This document shows positions 14,286-26,601 of a stretch of DNA of 64,000 nt, in pieces. The notes under the pieces are model-generated. The model was given only the letters and a program-made list of their open reading frames with translations, had not been told where the DNA came from and did no database searches. The position numbers and the translations under genes were made by a program. The DNA lies in the NCBI RefSeq assembly GCF_964204645.1, contig NC_134025.1, forward strand, positions 20,001,101 to 20,065,100, read 5' to 3'. Numbering within the stretch: position 1 is the stretch's first letter; every line of letters starts with the position of its first letter. The DNA comes from Tubulanus polymorphus. Its lineage: Eukaryota > Animalia > Nemertea.

Positions 14286-14608
14286 CATATACTACTGTTG
14301 ACGAAAACACGTCCTAAATCTCTTGTTAGTAGGAATAAACATGATTAACATTACACTTAGCTAATTCAACTGACGTCAAGATTGAAAACGCATCGCAGGC
14401 CTGAAGCAGATGTTTTTTGAGCAGGTGACATTAGTGATTTCATTGAATGATCAGATTTTCAATCACGGTATTCTCATTAGGGAAATTTGTATCAGTAAAT
14501 AAGAATTCATTCTAACATCACCGCGTCAAAGGCGCTAAATATATAACTTACACGGATGATCGGAAAAGTGTAATTAGAATTACTTTAGAAATCGCAAATG
14601 CATGCATG

Positions 14609-14712
14609 GTCCAGTTCCACAGTCCGAGTTAAGATTTAACTCCGAGTTAACTCATTGGAAATGAACTAACTTTAACTCAGAGTTAATAACTCAGAACTGT
14701 GGAACCGGGTCC
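14609..14712. mobile_element. Small palindromic MITE family (CCAGTTCCACAG...GAGTTAACTC...CTGTGGAACYGG)
   Basis: Inverted ends and GAGTTAAC repeats. Related copies at about 38650-38709, 39096-39200 and 57846-57868. Confidence 0.65.
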
Positions 14713-17631
14713 AGATTATTATTAGCCAATGCATATAAATCAGTCTACTGCACTAGAGGAGGTGAACTCAGCACAAAGTTAAAGATCAACCGGGTTGATC
14801 CATCAAGTGCGATTACCGAGAAATTGCATTTTATCCGCTATTTTTCGTTTTCTACTTACGTACGCACGCACGCACGCATATTTCTTATTGTAACACGATT
14901 TATTTTTGGAGGCCGATAAGCGCTTAACAGCCTATAAATGTCTTAATCTACATGAAATAATGTTTTTTTCGCACATTCTTGGCCTGATATAGATTCGTTG
15001 ATATTGAATATATTTAGAATCTCGTGCGGGCGCTTTTTCAGATCCAAAATACGAAAAAATTGCCCTCTTCAAAGATTTCAAAGGTGAACATATATGTGTG
15101 GCCATGCACCACAGCCAACAGGATAATGTCAAGTGTAATATTCGTATTTAAAACGTAGTTCTCAATCTTCAATCCCGCTCGGCACACTGTCACACTTTCC
15201 TGGTTTACCAGGCTGGAACGTCGGGCTGATTCATTAAGCCGGACGCACACAGCCGTGTAAACTCGAAACGTGAAACAAAAATTGATGTTTCCTTGTGCCC
15301 GACAAAAATAGAAAACGTGAATCAAATTTGCTTTTTTTTATGTTCTAGTGCCTCACAATGCGTAACTATTTTGGCTGATTTGGGCCATAACGAAAATAAT
15401 CTGGGCACGGTTTTATAGACTGGTATTATCTTTAACCAGTGGGTGTGACCAATAGAAAATAAATTGAGAATTGAAATAAAAATGAAATGAATTGAATTAC
15501 AGCACCTGAGTTATAGATAATACAAGTCTATAAAACCAGGCCCTGATATGCAAAGAAAGGCGCCAGAACGCGAAAACGGAGAAAATTTTCTGTAAAAATC
15601 CGGCACAATTGAACGGATTAGAAATCCATTTTGGCGAAACAATCATTAAACCACAGTAAAATTATTAATCAATCTGGCACTAAAAATTTATGGGCACCTT
15701 CATGCAAATATATTCAAATTAGATTTGGGAGCGCCTAAACGAATGTTCGTTTCGGCGGGTTTCAGTTCACGTGAACGTCCTCCTGTGAATAAGAGTATAT
15801 AAGATTGTTAACGATTGTTCACTCGTTATCTTGCTCCGCAGAATATTTAATTCTTTGTTTTTTGTGTAAGAGTATTATAATGAAACTTATATTTGGAGAG
15901 ACTACGCGGTCGCCGAGCCTGTGAAGCGGCAAACTCCGGGAGAATCTGCACGTGATTGACGCCTCCGAAGCGCGACGAAAACCGGACCCGTCATCGTCGG
16001 GCTGCTGACCCAGCGAAACCGGGAGAGTGTGCATCGGCCTTTAGATCGAGGTCTATTAATTGTTTAGTTACATTGATGCAGATTCAGACTCAGAGGTATC
16101 TGATTCTGCGGAAGTACCTTTCGAACTTGTCGTAAGGGTCGTTTGAACTTTTGAACCGCGGGTGCCTTAACTGGGATCAGTATGTAAATGCGCTTGGCTG
16201 ATAAGAACTAGATAGAAAAAAACTTTCGGTTTTGCGATATCAGAACTCGTACTGTGCACCAATTTACGTTATCAAAATATTCATTATCTCTGGCAGCTTC
16301 GTAATGGGAAACGGATTTGTTTGCGACTAGAAAATGGAACGCAACTGCGCCGACTGAGCAATATTAATTATTATATCACAAGAGATATTATGACGGCATG
16401 GCATATTGCTGTATAGACACCGGAACAAAACAGCCAAGCCGCGGCCGAAAACTAAATATTAATGCGCATAATTCTTAGAAAAAAATATACGGTTCTTTGT
16501 GACTCCCACAACACTGTTTTAACTAAATGAGGGGATGTAGGAAGATGCGTATGACAGTGAATATATAGTCAATGAAAATATTAATAACACACGCGATTGA
16601 TCAAATAAATGCCGCTTGGGTTTGCGAACGCTTTTAATTGATATGTGTAAAGTCCCAATTTGCGTTAAGTCGTGACTGTCTGGCACATCGGTATATCATA
16701 GCATACTTATTTCAATGAGTTTCGAATGACACAAGTCACGTAACGGTCTACCATATGACCAAAATAAAAACAATGGCATCATTAACGAAGAATGCGTAGA
16801 CTATTGTGACAAAAAAATAGTAAGACATTTTTCCTTAAACCGAACGTTGTTATTATTCAATCCATTCTTGTGTCGACAGTCCAACGAACAATCCAGCTCG
16901 CAAGATAATGTTTGCTTATGTATATGTGTGTATTTACTTTTTATACGTTGGAGCTGGAATTTTGGAATATGATAGATCCTGTTCGCTCAGCGAATGAAGG
17001 CAGTGTTGATAAATTGCTTGATGATAATTAAAAAACTCGTTAGTTACCGAAAATAAAAACATGTCAATTTACCGACGCAAGAAATTCGCAAATTTGCAAA
17101 TACTTCTCGAAGTGTATTGTATAGCCCTGTGCGAAGTTTGATTAATTGCCGAGTTATTTTAGAAGATTAGGTATTTGTGAACCGGCTCACCCCGAAGATT
17201 ATTGCAGATTATCTCGCGTCATCGATAGGAGCGGAGTTCAGTACAAGGCTTTAAATGGAAGAATGATGAATGATGAACGAGACAAGCATTGATTGATGGA
17301 AGTATCTGGATATAAATCCACAATGGAACTTTTTCTCTACCGCAGATTCAAGTTTATAAAACTTCCATATATCACAGAACACCGCGGGGATTTGCCGATT
17401 TGAAACACACGAGCGCGGGCGCTCAATTAAGGAGCAATTATTGTGTCATTATAGACTTGTGCCCAATGTATCAACCCTAGTAGTCAGCATGGGAAATCAG
17501 TCCATTATGATCGTGTCTATTGCGTAGCCTAATATGATAATGACTTAGACATTATAAACACCTGCACACAAAGGTTCAGATGTTCCTTTTATTTTTGTAA
17601 ATCAGTGACGATTACAGTCAGCCATTAAATA

Positions 17632-18138
17632 TGTGACCGGTCAAACAAGAATTTCCTTCAAAATAACTTTCGACCCCTACTTTTTGTACCCAAATACAAG
17701 AAGCATTCACAAACGCATTTCTAGCAGTCTAGTGTTGAAAGTTTATCTAATATAATAATAAAAACCCATCCAAACAAGGGATTCAGGAAGGTTCCTGAAG
17801 ATGATCGTTTGAAAATCACCTGCAAATTCAGATGTGAAATCTGTAATTTCGGCCGCCGGGCGAATAGTCGAAACGTCGAATATACTGCCAGTTTCAGAAA
17901 CATTTTCGGACTGTTACTCGTTATCATTGTGGGATTCTCTCTATCGTCACAACACGGATTGGTGTTGTAGACCTTGAGTTTGCCAAATAAACGTTATTCT
18001 GATCATCAGTACAGATACTATAGAGATAATGCGACCGGTCAAACAGACATTCTTATTAAATTACTTTCGACTCATTTTGTATCCAAATAAAAGAAGTGAT
18101 CACCAAAATATTTCCCAACAATCTGGTATTGAAAGTTT
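17632..18138. repeat. Pair of about 110-bp imperfect direct repeats (17632-17745, 18030-18138)
   Basis: Both read gaccggtcaaaca..actttcgac..ttttgtaYccaaata..agaag..tgaaagttta. Confidence 0.6.
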
Positions 18139-19357
18139 ACCACGCATATTAGAACGTTAGGCTAGTATTAAAAACGTGTTTAAATGGGGAATTTGATATT
18201 TGTATACACATCCATTGCTGCATGAGGCAGACTTCCGCTATGACAGACACGGTGCAATATCCCATATTCCAAAAACAGTGTCTGCTGTTAAAGAGCAACG
18301 TGTAAAAAGTAGACTTCCTTAAACATGCCATTCGGGTATGACTGGTCATTAATTGGCACCTACAGCATCCATGGTCCGGAATCTGTAACAATTATTTTTT
18401 GTAGCCTACGGTGTTAACGCCAAGGCTCCTGTTTTCTAAGATGACTCATTCATGTTTTTATTTCACAACAAAACAACTTGATGTAAGTAAGAATCAGATG
18501 ACATTTCCGAGAGATCGTTTTTCAATTAGCACATCAATTCGATCTAAAGCAAACCTAACCTTTTCCGGACGTGGACAACTCGGACCTTAGACTCGGATAA
18601 ACACGACATCATTTTTTTTCTTCCTTATGTATTTTCGTATCCTTACCTCGGACCTCGCTTACTCTGGGCCAAGTTAGTCCGAGTAAGGCGAGTTTTACTG
18701 TACCGTGATTAGTTTATCACAAGGCAGTGATGTTCTCTCGGTATGGGTATTTCCAATACAAAGTTGGTTGTTATAGTTATCAAGGTTTACAACAATATTC
18801 ACCAACATATCGACGAGGTTTGACAAGTAATGATAAGTAATGTTACATAGATGTACTCGTGACGAAGCGCACGTACGTGAACGAGCGATCCGTGCACAAT
18901 CTATATTCTCAGAATTTCCACTTGTACCAATTCGACTCTGATCAATCGCTTAACGAGGAAAAAAAAGTAAACACGTTTTTCCAATTCTATTCGAATCACA
19001 ACTTGAAAGGAAAGCAATTAACACAACTAAAAAACGATTAACGGTACTAACTTTTTTGTTTACGCTTCGAAAAACTGCTATTGAGCTAATGAATATATGT
19101 TAGATAGGTACGGAGCTGTTAAAAAACCGCATTGATGTGAATTTGTAAGGTACCGCATTATAAACGAGATTAGCATCAATTCATCATAGAAATCTGACTG
19201 TCTTTGTATATTCTGCAATAGTTAATCATGGACTCTGAAACGAAGAAATCATTTTAGAGTCCACCAAGTAAATCTAATATCAGGACCGTTTGATATCGTA
19301 TGTAAGTATAAATATATCTATATATGACAACTCACACTAAAAATAAATTTTACTTAC

Positions 19358-19540
19358 GATGAGATGAGACTGAGCTATTATGTGCAAGATTCCTGCACTT
19401 ATCACAGTTCGTATTTGTAGTTTAGTTGCTTGCTGATTTGCGCGCTCCAAGTTATTTCGCCGAATGCATCTTGTTTCATTTATATTGAGCATTAAAATAT
19501 TCCCACGTTGCGACGCGATTGGCTACCGATTCTGACGTCA
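19358..19540 (-). promoter_or_regulatory. Putative promoter and non-coding exon 1 of the EH-like gene
   Basis: On the minus strand, in order: CRE TGACGTCA (19533-19540), CCAAT (19517-19522), TATAAA (19479-19484), an ATG-free leader of about 95 nt, and a perfect GTAAGT donor at 19357. Confidence 0.6.
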
Positions 19541-20794
19541 CAAAATTCCGAGAACTGCCGGACAAAGCCGATTCTAAGCGTTAATTGTCGAACTGAATAA
19601 TATAGTGTTTACATGTTCTTCGTACGTACAAAACAAACATTCAGATTGCATCTGATCGCGCATCTCTTAACGAATAATTGCATATGCTACTTCAGTTCGA
19701 TATAATCATCTCGTTTTTCTGCAATGCACAATATGGGATACTAGCAGCCAGTATTATACTCGAGTTCAAGTTGTTGTTGATTTAAACTTATTTCCAACGT
19801 TTACTACCGAGAAATGAATACGAAAGACATGTTATCTTTCATAACTACGCGATACAAAATATTATTCCTTCTCGCCTACTCGCGCAGTTTGCCAGTTCGT
19901 ACGGACTACGAGCAATCATCTCGGTTGCTCGTGTAGGTCCGGGTAATTTTCACTGGAAATGTTGATGCTAAGCACGCGATTTGAGAATCAGTTCACAACT
20001 GTTTCAACCATTATGGGTTGAACCATAGTTTTCGTCCAGTAATTGCTTCGATATTTATAGTGTTTTTAAGAAGACGGTCTAGTCGCATTTAAGCCAAATT
20101 TCCTCTAAGGCGTTATTAATTTTTAATTCAAAATTATTCTTATCTTAAACCCTAGGCCGTGATAGTCATCTTAAACGTTTACTCTGATCGGAATAAAACC
20201 GGGCCTGTGCCAAGCTTTATTGAGGGGTAGTCCTTTTCAGCGAAAAGGGCAGATCATAAACATGTAACTGAATAATTAAATTGAGAGTGGATTATTTTTC
20301 ATTTCCCAAAAAAAGAAAATCACGTGAAAATCGTATCCAAATTTCGAAAAATCTTTACCCGAATTTTTGTCACTGGCTTTTTTGAAAGGCACTTTTTAGA
20401 TTTTAGGGGGTTCGTTCGCTACCCCCGAACCCCAACTCCCACCTGGGAACAGACCTGAATACTTTGTAAGCTCATTAAGATAACTTATCAAATCCCACGT
20501 TGTATCAGGTAAGCGTACAAGAGTTTACTTAGAGTAAATTACTTAGAACTGTTTACGGCGTAAGAGTAAATTCATAATATTGACGTAATGGTCAAGCCCG
20601 TTCTGACAGACAACATTTATGTTTATTAGGTTAATAAGTGCTCTAAGTGTTTTACGCGGGGGCGATGACTCACGGCGTGCAAATTCCAACCCACATACTA
20701 TTACGTAGTTTATTTGTGACCGAAGTAATTAACCCCTCTAATTACCATACGATTAGTGACGCAACGAGCTTTTTGACTTAATATGGCGTCATAC

Positions 20795-20872
20795 CATGGA
20801 CTCTAAAACGAAGTCTTTCGCTTGAGCTGTATTTATCAATGAACTCTAAAAAGATTCGTTTTAGAGTCCATG
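20795..20872. mobile_element. 78-bp CATGGAC..GTCCATG element (P-superfamily-like MITE)
   Basis: 18-bp perfect TIR catggactctaaaacgaa; degenerate TSD (gtcatac/atcatct). A decayed relative lies at 19227-19263. Confidence 0.65.
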
Positions 20873-21411
20873 ATCATCTTATCTAACAAAATTCCGTGTG
20901 CTGAGAATCATAAGTTCCCTGTAGAAACTGGAATAATGTGGAAAGGATATATCAACTTTGTAATAACGGGATGGGATTTCTTTTTCGAATGCGAATCACA
21001 AAGGCAAACCAGAAATAGAATCGAAGTACGCAATATGTGAACTTTTGCAAATGAAATGATAAAATACACCGTGTTGAGCTTTTTTTTGAGGGGCAGTTCC
21101 TTTTCAAAAAGGGCACACATCCATCGTGAAAACGGGCACTTTCCTATTGAAAAAGGGCAGATCTTCAATTTGAAGTGCCAGGGTAAATCCTGAGTAAATC
21201 ATTTGAAAGTGGATAACTTTTCATTTTCCAAAAATGAAACATGAAAATTGAATGCAAATTTCGAAATATCTTGGACACTGAAATTTTGAAGGGCTGTTTG
21301 CAACATTTAGGAGGTTCGTTCGCTACCCTCGGAGTCCCCTGTGGGCCCGAAATTGAACCGGTATTCATGTATTCATGTATTGTACTACACGAGTGTTGTG
21401 CTTTGTAAGAC

Positions 21412-21453
21412 CATGGACGTATAAACTAGATTTATCTGGTTCATACGTCCATG
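21412..21453. mobile_element. 42-bp CATGGAC..GTCCATG mini-element with 7-bp TSD
   Basis: gtaagac|catggacgtataaactagat..atctggttcatacgtccatg|gtaagac. Confidence 0.8.
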
Positions 21454-22636
21454 GTAAGACGATGTATGCATTTTCGAAAAATTAACGACATCGTTCTATT
21501 CACAATTTACGGAGGTTGCTCACAGACAAGTATACAATTACTAAACAATATGAAATTCTACGCTGAATGCATTCGCCTCTGTACGACCGATATCATATAG
21601 ATAACATTGCAGTGTCGTGGTGAAAATGAAATTTGAGTAATTTATATGTCTTCCACCTCCTTAAATTCATCCTCAACTGGATCGATTTACTTTCAGTCAC
21701 TTCTGTAACATTAAACCGGCAGGTCAAATTTTTTTGCAGACACAGAAATACGCAGCCGATAACATAAAAATACGATATATGCAACTTTTAGAGTCAACAT
21801 AGTTAGTTCTCACATTCCATTTATCACATATAAAAAAGTCAGTGACTTCTTTTTCAATCAAGCTGTAGCTACACCATATATACGAGGGGGACCGAAAAAT
21901 GTACCCCGTATCATCTTCAATAATTGAAGACACGAACATCAAGAAAGAACTGCTGTGCTGACAATAATTTTTTTCCAAAAAAGAGTTACTGACAATTCTC
22001 GCGCTTACGTTATCGCATGGACAATTAAATCAGCACGTGGATGATGAGTGAATTAATGCAGGAACACTGAACATTAAACAACGTTTAAAAAGATGCAATA
22101 TGCATATGTACGGGCAGTGCTGGTCTATCAAATCGTCATCTAATGTCTCTCTGAATCTCATTTGCAGGCAGTTAATAACTGTTAATCTCATCTTTTCCAG
22201 AAAGGGTCACCCAGAGTCCAAAGAAAACGAGATGGAGTGTTGTTACAATTCAGCGATCTCTGTTTTGAGAGAGATGTCACATTATTTTGACCAGGGCCCC
22301 CCCATTAACATTTCATGATCTTTAGCGTTCCCAGCACACTGTTCGTAATTATCTTGTCCTGGGTATATTAAACTACGTGATATCTGACCTTCTAAGCGTC
22401 AGATTCTGAATGAGCACTTACAACGAGGTAAACAAAATACATTCCCTGGTAAGAAAGGCGTTTATGAAGAAGAATTCGAGAGAAGTCAATAAAATCGTGG
22501 TGAAATTCTATTATTAGGTAGATAAAAGTAACAATGAAATATGACTCCAAAATTAATACACCAATGAAAATCGAATCGAAAAATTGAAAGGCTTGCTTGA
22601 TTGAAAAAGAATGTTTAAGAAACGTCATCCTTATCC

Positions 22637-24252
22637 TTATGATGCACATGTCGAAGATGGTCCAACATCACTTTCTATGCCAGAGTCCATTTTGCTACTT
22701 CGATCGGACAAAACCTTAGCCGCTAACTGCCTATTCTCCTTACTATTTGACGGAGATAATTGTTTATCGTTCTTCGTTACGGTTAGATTCAATTTTGCGG
22801 CCATAATCCAATCCGACTTCCGCAAATCTGCGACTTTGGCTCTTTTATTGACGGAAGCTTCCAACATAGCATGAATGAGTTTTTTGCAATTATGCGAGAT
22901 CTTTTTCGATTTGGCGAAGCCGACTTTGCGTTCGGTTTGCATCCGGATCATCTTTTTGATATTGGAATCATCGTACGGCATTGAACCACATACCTGCAGA
23001 TTTTCGAAGAAGCGATTGTACCGAAAATAAAGAAATTCGTGGACATCAACACATGTCTAATATCAAGCCAGTCTACCGTTTTGAAGGCCAGAGTTTATTA
23101 CCATGATATAAAGAATGATTCCCATACTCCAAATATCGTATGCAGTCGCTTCGTATGGTATGCCTTGTAATATCTCCGGTGCGGCATAAGCTGCACTGCC
23201 GCAAAATGTACTGCTATGCTCGCAAGGTTCTATATATCGGGCAAAGCCAAAATCGGATATCTTTATTCTATTTTCCGAATCTAAAAGCAAGTTTTCGCAT
23301 TTGAGGTCCCTGCAAATATACGTATGTAAATGTATACACAGCAATATAAAAATTTGAAAATTTGCTGATCGAAATTCTCACGATTGAATGATTTATTTCT
23401 TAGATTTTGAGTGTTCAATTAAATTTCAATGAAATACAATTGAAAATTACGATTACGTGAAAACAACTTTATTTGATAGTTAGTTTGTGTTCTCATCACC
23501 GTATTACATATGAATCACATTCTTATCGATTCAACCCTGAAAGCCATTGACATTCTCGCTGAATTTCACCTGATCAGAGATGCTGTACCTGTGAACAATG
23601 CTGTTCTTGTGACAGAAGTCGATGCCTTCGATAACTTGTGCGAACCAAACTCTAGATTTATCCTCTGGAATTGCACCACGTAATTTGATGTATTCTAACA
23701 GATCTCCGTGTCCGGCCATTTCCATAACGATAAACACCTATAATTTCATTGAAACGCTTGCAGAAATGTGAATGCTGAAAGAGCACGTGCTTGCTACTCA
23801 TTAATAACGAATGAAATTTTTGGAATTTGTCCGTTTATTCTCACAACGGTTTTTTAGGATAGGTACGTGTGTTTCATTTCTGTAACATACGTACGCCATC
23901 GTGAAGAGGTTCCGTATCGGGTCACGAAGATTAACCAATTATATGATGCCTGGATTCCTACCTTTGAATTAAATTGCATCACTTCATACATCTGAACTAT
24001 GTGTGGATGGCTTAGTTTCTTTAGAACATCGAGTTCCCGAGGTAGAAATTTCTCCTGAAAATCTTTGGGTGCTTTTTTGCGGTTGATAACTTTGATTGCA
24101 ACATTTTTAGATGTACGATCACAAAGAGCTAGCTTGACTTTTGCATACGAACCTTCGCCCAGTGTATGTCCTAGATTATAACCACGTTTTTTTAATTCTG
24201 ATTCGTCACTCATTTTAGAGAGAAATTTCTTCCCGATTCCAACGACCGCCAT
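22637..24252 (-). CDS. TSSK: Testis-specific serine/threonine kinase (TSSK1/2-like); exons 24252-23962, 23737-23589, 23309-23102, 22993-22637
   Basis: [68 protein letters not shown] introns in frame. The start could alternatively be Met at 24213. Confidence 0.92.
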
Positions 24253-24549
24253 GGATATAGCCTACGTTATCTCCATGCAGATGTCATCACTGATAAAATG
24301 AAGTCCTTTCTTCAAGATGCAAACACAATGACGTATAAGATTATCTTACATCATTTTGCCTTAATCTCACCGCAATGAGAAAATTCCATAATAATACTAT
24401 TACATCAAAATTGTTGCGAAGGAAACCGTATCTAGGAAGCAGGGTTTCCAAGGGTTTTGACAATATGGCCGTTACCAAGGTCTTTTAAATTCTATTTCGA
24501 TAGTGCCTTTTTGAAAACAACTGCTAATCGCTGAAATAAAGTTCGAAAA

Positions 24550-25629
24550 ATGAGTGGTGAACGACCGAGTAAACGCAGGGCCATCGGTGAAAATCTTCCT
24601 GGAAGACAGAAAAATGCTACGAACAAAGAAGAGCCGCTAAGAAAGGAAATTGAACGATTACGATACGAAATGGAACCGACTTCACCAAAAACCTCGACTT
24701 CATCTAATCTTGTAAATCCGCCATGTCCAGCTGTTAGCTACAGAGGAACTATTCGTGCTGTTTTAGCCCAGAAGGGGTACCTTAGCAGAGAAAAACTTGG
24801 CACTGGAAGCTATTCCCAGGTACGATTGGCGATAGATATGAACTCACCTGTCATGGAGCGAGTGGCTGTCAAAATAGTAGATCTTGAAAGTGCACCATCG
24901 GATTTCAAACAAAGATTTTTGCCACGGGAGCTACAGATATGGCCACGATTGAATCACAGTCACATAATCAAATTAAGACAAACATTTCGGGACTCTTCGA
25001 GGGTGTTCGCTGTGTTGGAATATGCGTCTGGTGGCGATGCTTTACACTACGTGCAAACTCATGGTGCGGTCGGAGAACCTCGCGCGAAACGATGGATGGC
25101 ACAGTTAGGCGATGCTGTTCGTTACCTTCACCGATTACAAATATCACATCGTGACTTGAAACTTGAAAATCTACTCTTGGACGGACATCAGAACATAAAA
25201 CTATGTGACTTCGGCTTTGCGAGGGACTGCGATCAAAATCTAAGCAGTACATTCTGCGGTTCGAAGTCTTATGCTTCCCCAGAAATCTTATCCGGTGTTC
25301 CGTATGACCCGAAGAAGGCAGACATCTGGGCGCTTGGTGTAATACTATTTATTCTGGTTACTGGACGAATGCCTTTTGATGAAAGTAAAGGCAATCACAG
25401 TCTCTTACAGGAACACCGCAATTTGGGAATATCTTGGCCGAATACGAGAAATCTATCGGCTTCTTGTAAAAGTATACTTCTGTCATCTATGGAATATAAC
25501 TATCGATTTCGGGTCGACATTATAAAATTCATCGGTCATCGCTGGCTAGTATCCGAGATAAACAAGACTCGTAGATCATCACTGAACCGTCACGGAGCCA
25601 ATGACTTAGAGTTGGGAACTGCAAAATAA
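24550..25629 (+). CDS. TSSK: Intronless testis-specific serine/threonine kinase (TSSK family)
   Basis: 359-aa ORF with LGTGSYSQV, VAVK, RFLPREL, HRDLKLENLLLD, DFGFAR, STFCGSKSYASPE and YDPKKADIWALG; AATAAA near 25715. Confidence 0.92.
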   Translation: MSGERPSKRRAIGENLPGRQKNATNKEEPLRKEIERLRYEMEPTSPKTSTSSNLVNPPCPAVSYRGTIRAVLAQKGYLSREKLGTGSYSQVRLAIDMNSPVMERVAVKIVDLESAPSDFKQRFLPRELQIWPRLNHSHIIKLRQTFRDSSRVFAVLEYASGGDALHYVQTHGAVGEPRAKRWMAQLGDAVRYLHRLQISHRDLKLENLLLDGHQNIKLCDFGFARDCDQNLSSTFCGSKSYASPEILSGVPYDPKKADIWALGVILFILVTGRMPFDESKGNHSLLQEHRNLGISWPNTRNLSASCKSILLSSMEYNYRFRVDIIKFIGHRWLVSEINKTRRSSLNRHGANDLELGTAK

Positions 25630-26601
25630 TCGCCGCGCTGATCTTTTAATTCCACTATCGAAAAGGGTGCTAATCGAGAAACTTGTACTGGACTTTGAAA
25701 GTTAAAGGGGTACAATAAATAATCCACGAACTTTGAAACGTCGTTATAGTTCAAATTTGATATTTTTAGATGACAAACCCCATTAAATCATGAGAAATAG
25801 CCTAAATGAAAATGCATACCGGAATAAGTGTGTGATAAATCTATTGTGTAGTTTGTTTGTATTTTATGAGAATAAAATTATTTCTAATTCAAAATGGTGT
25901 AGATGTTTCTCTACCAAAGCAAGCAATAGGGCTTATCGGAATCTACCAAATCGTATGGCTACGCATTGAATGAAATTTACAACAAAAATATTTAGTGAAT
26001 AGCTCATCGATACGTATTATATTTGATGAAGATAAATAGAAAAGACACACTTGGTATATCAACGAAAACATTATCGTTATAACTATTCACCACCAATACA
26101 AGTATTGTGATGGTTAGATTTTTGTAGATTTTTTGGATGTTATTCTACTCTCTCCTCGATGGCCATTGATCCAAATTAGAATATTGAAATCAAAAGTGCA
26201 GATGAATACCAAATAATTTGTTTTTCTTTTAATTTCATTTCAATGATGGTACGTATGAATAGGTGATTAGATTGACGATCTGTTGAAAATAATACGGTTA
26301 TCTATGCTTTTCTTATGGATAGAAAGGGTGTTATGTAATGTAAATTATTGTCTTTAAGCTTAAATACATAGTGAATCAATTGGCTATCAAATTGCTATTT
26401 TACTATCTAATAGATAGTGAAATTATTTTTACTTTTATTGCGCATATCGTTTGAGTCGGCAACAGCATTCCAAGCTACATTTTAGATAAAAATGAAAGCC
26501 GTCAACTAACATTGCTAATTATTTGAATTACAAGAATCAAAGAACTAAAGATCTAAAATATATAAGTTTGAATAGATCACCATAAATATCAATTGAGCAA
26601 T

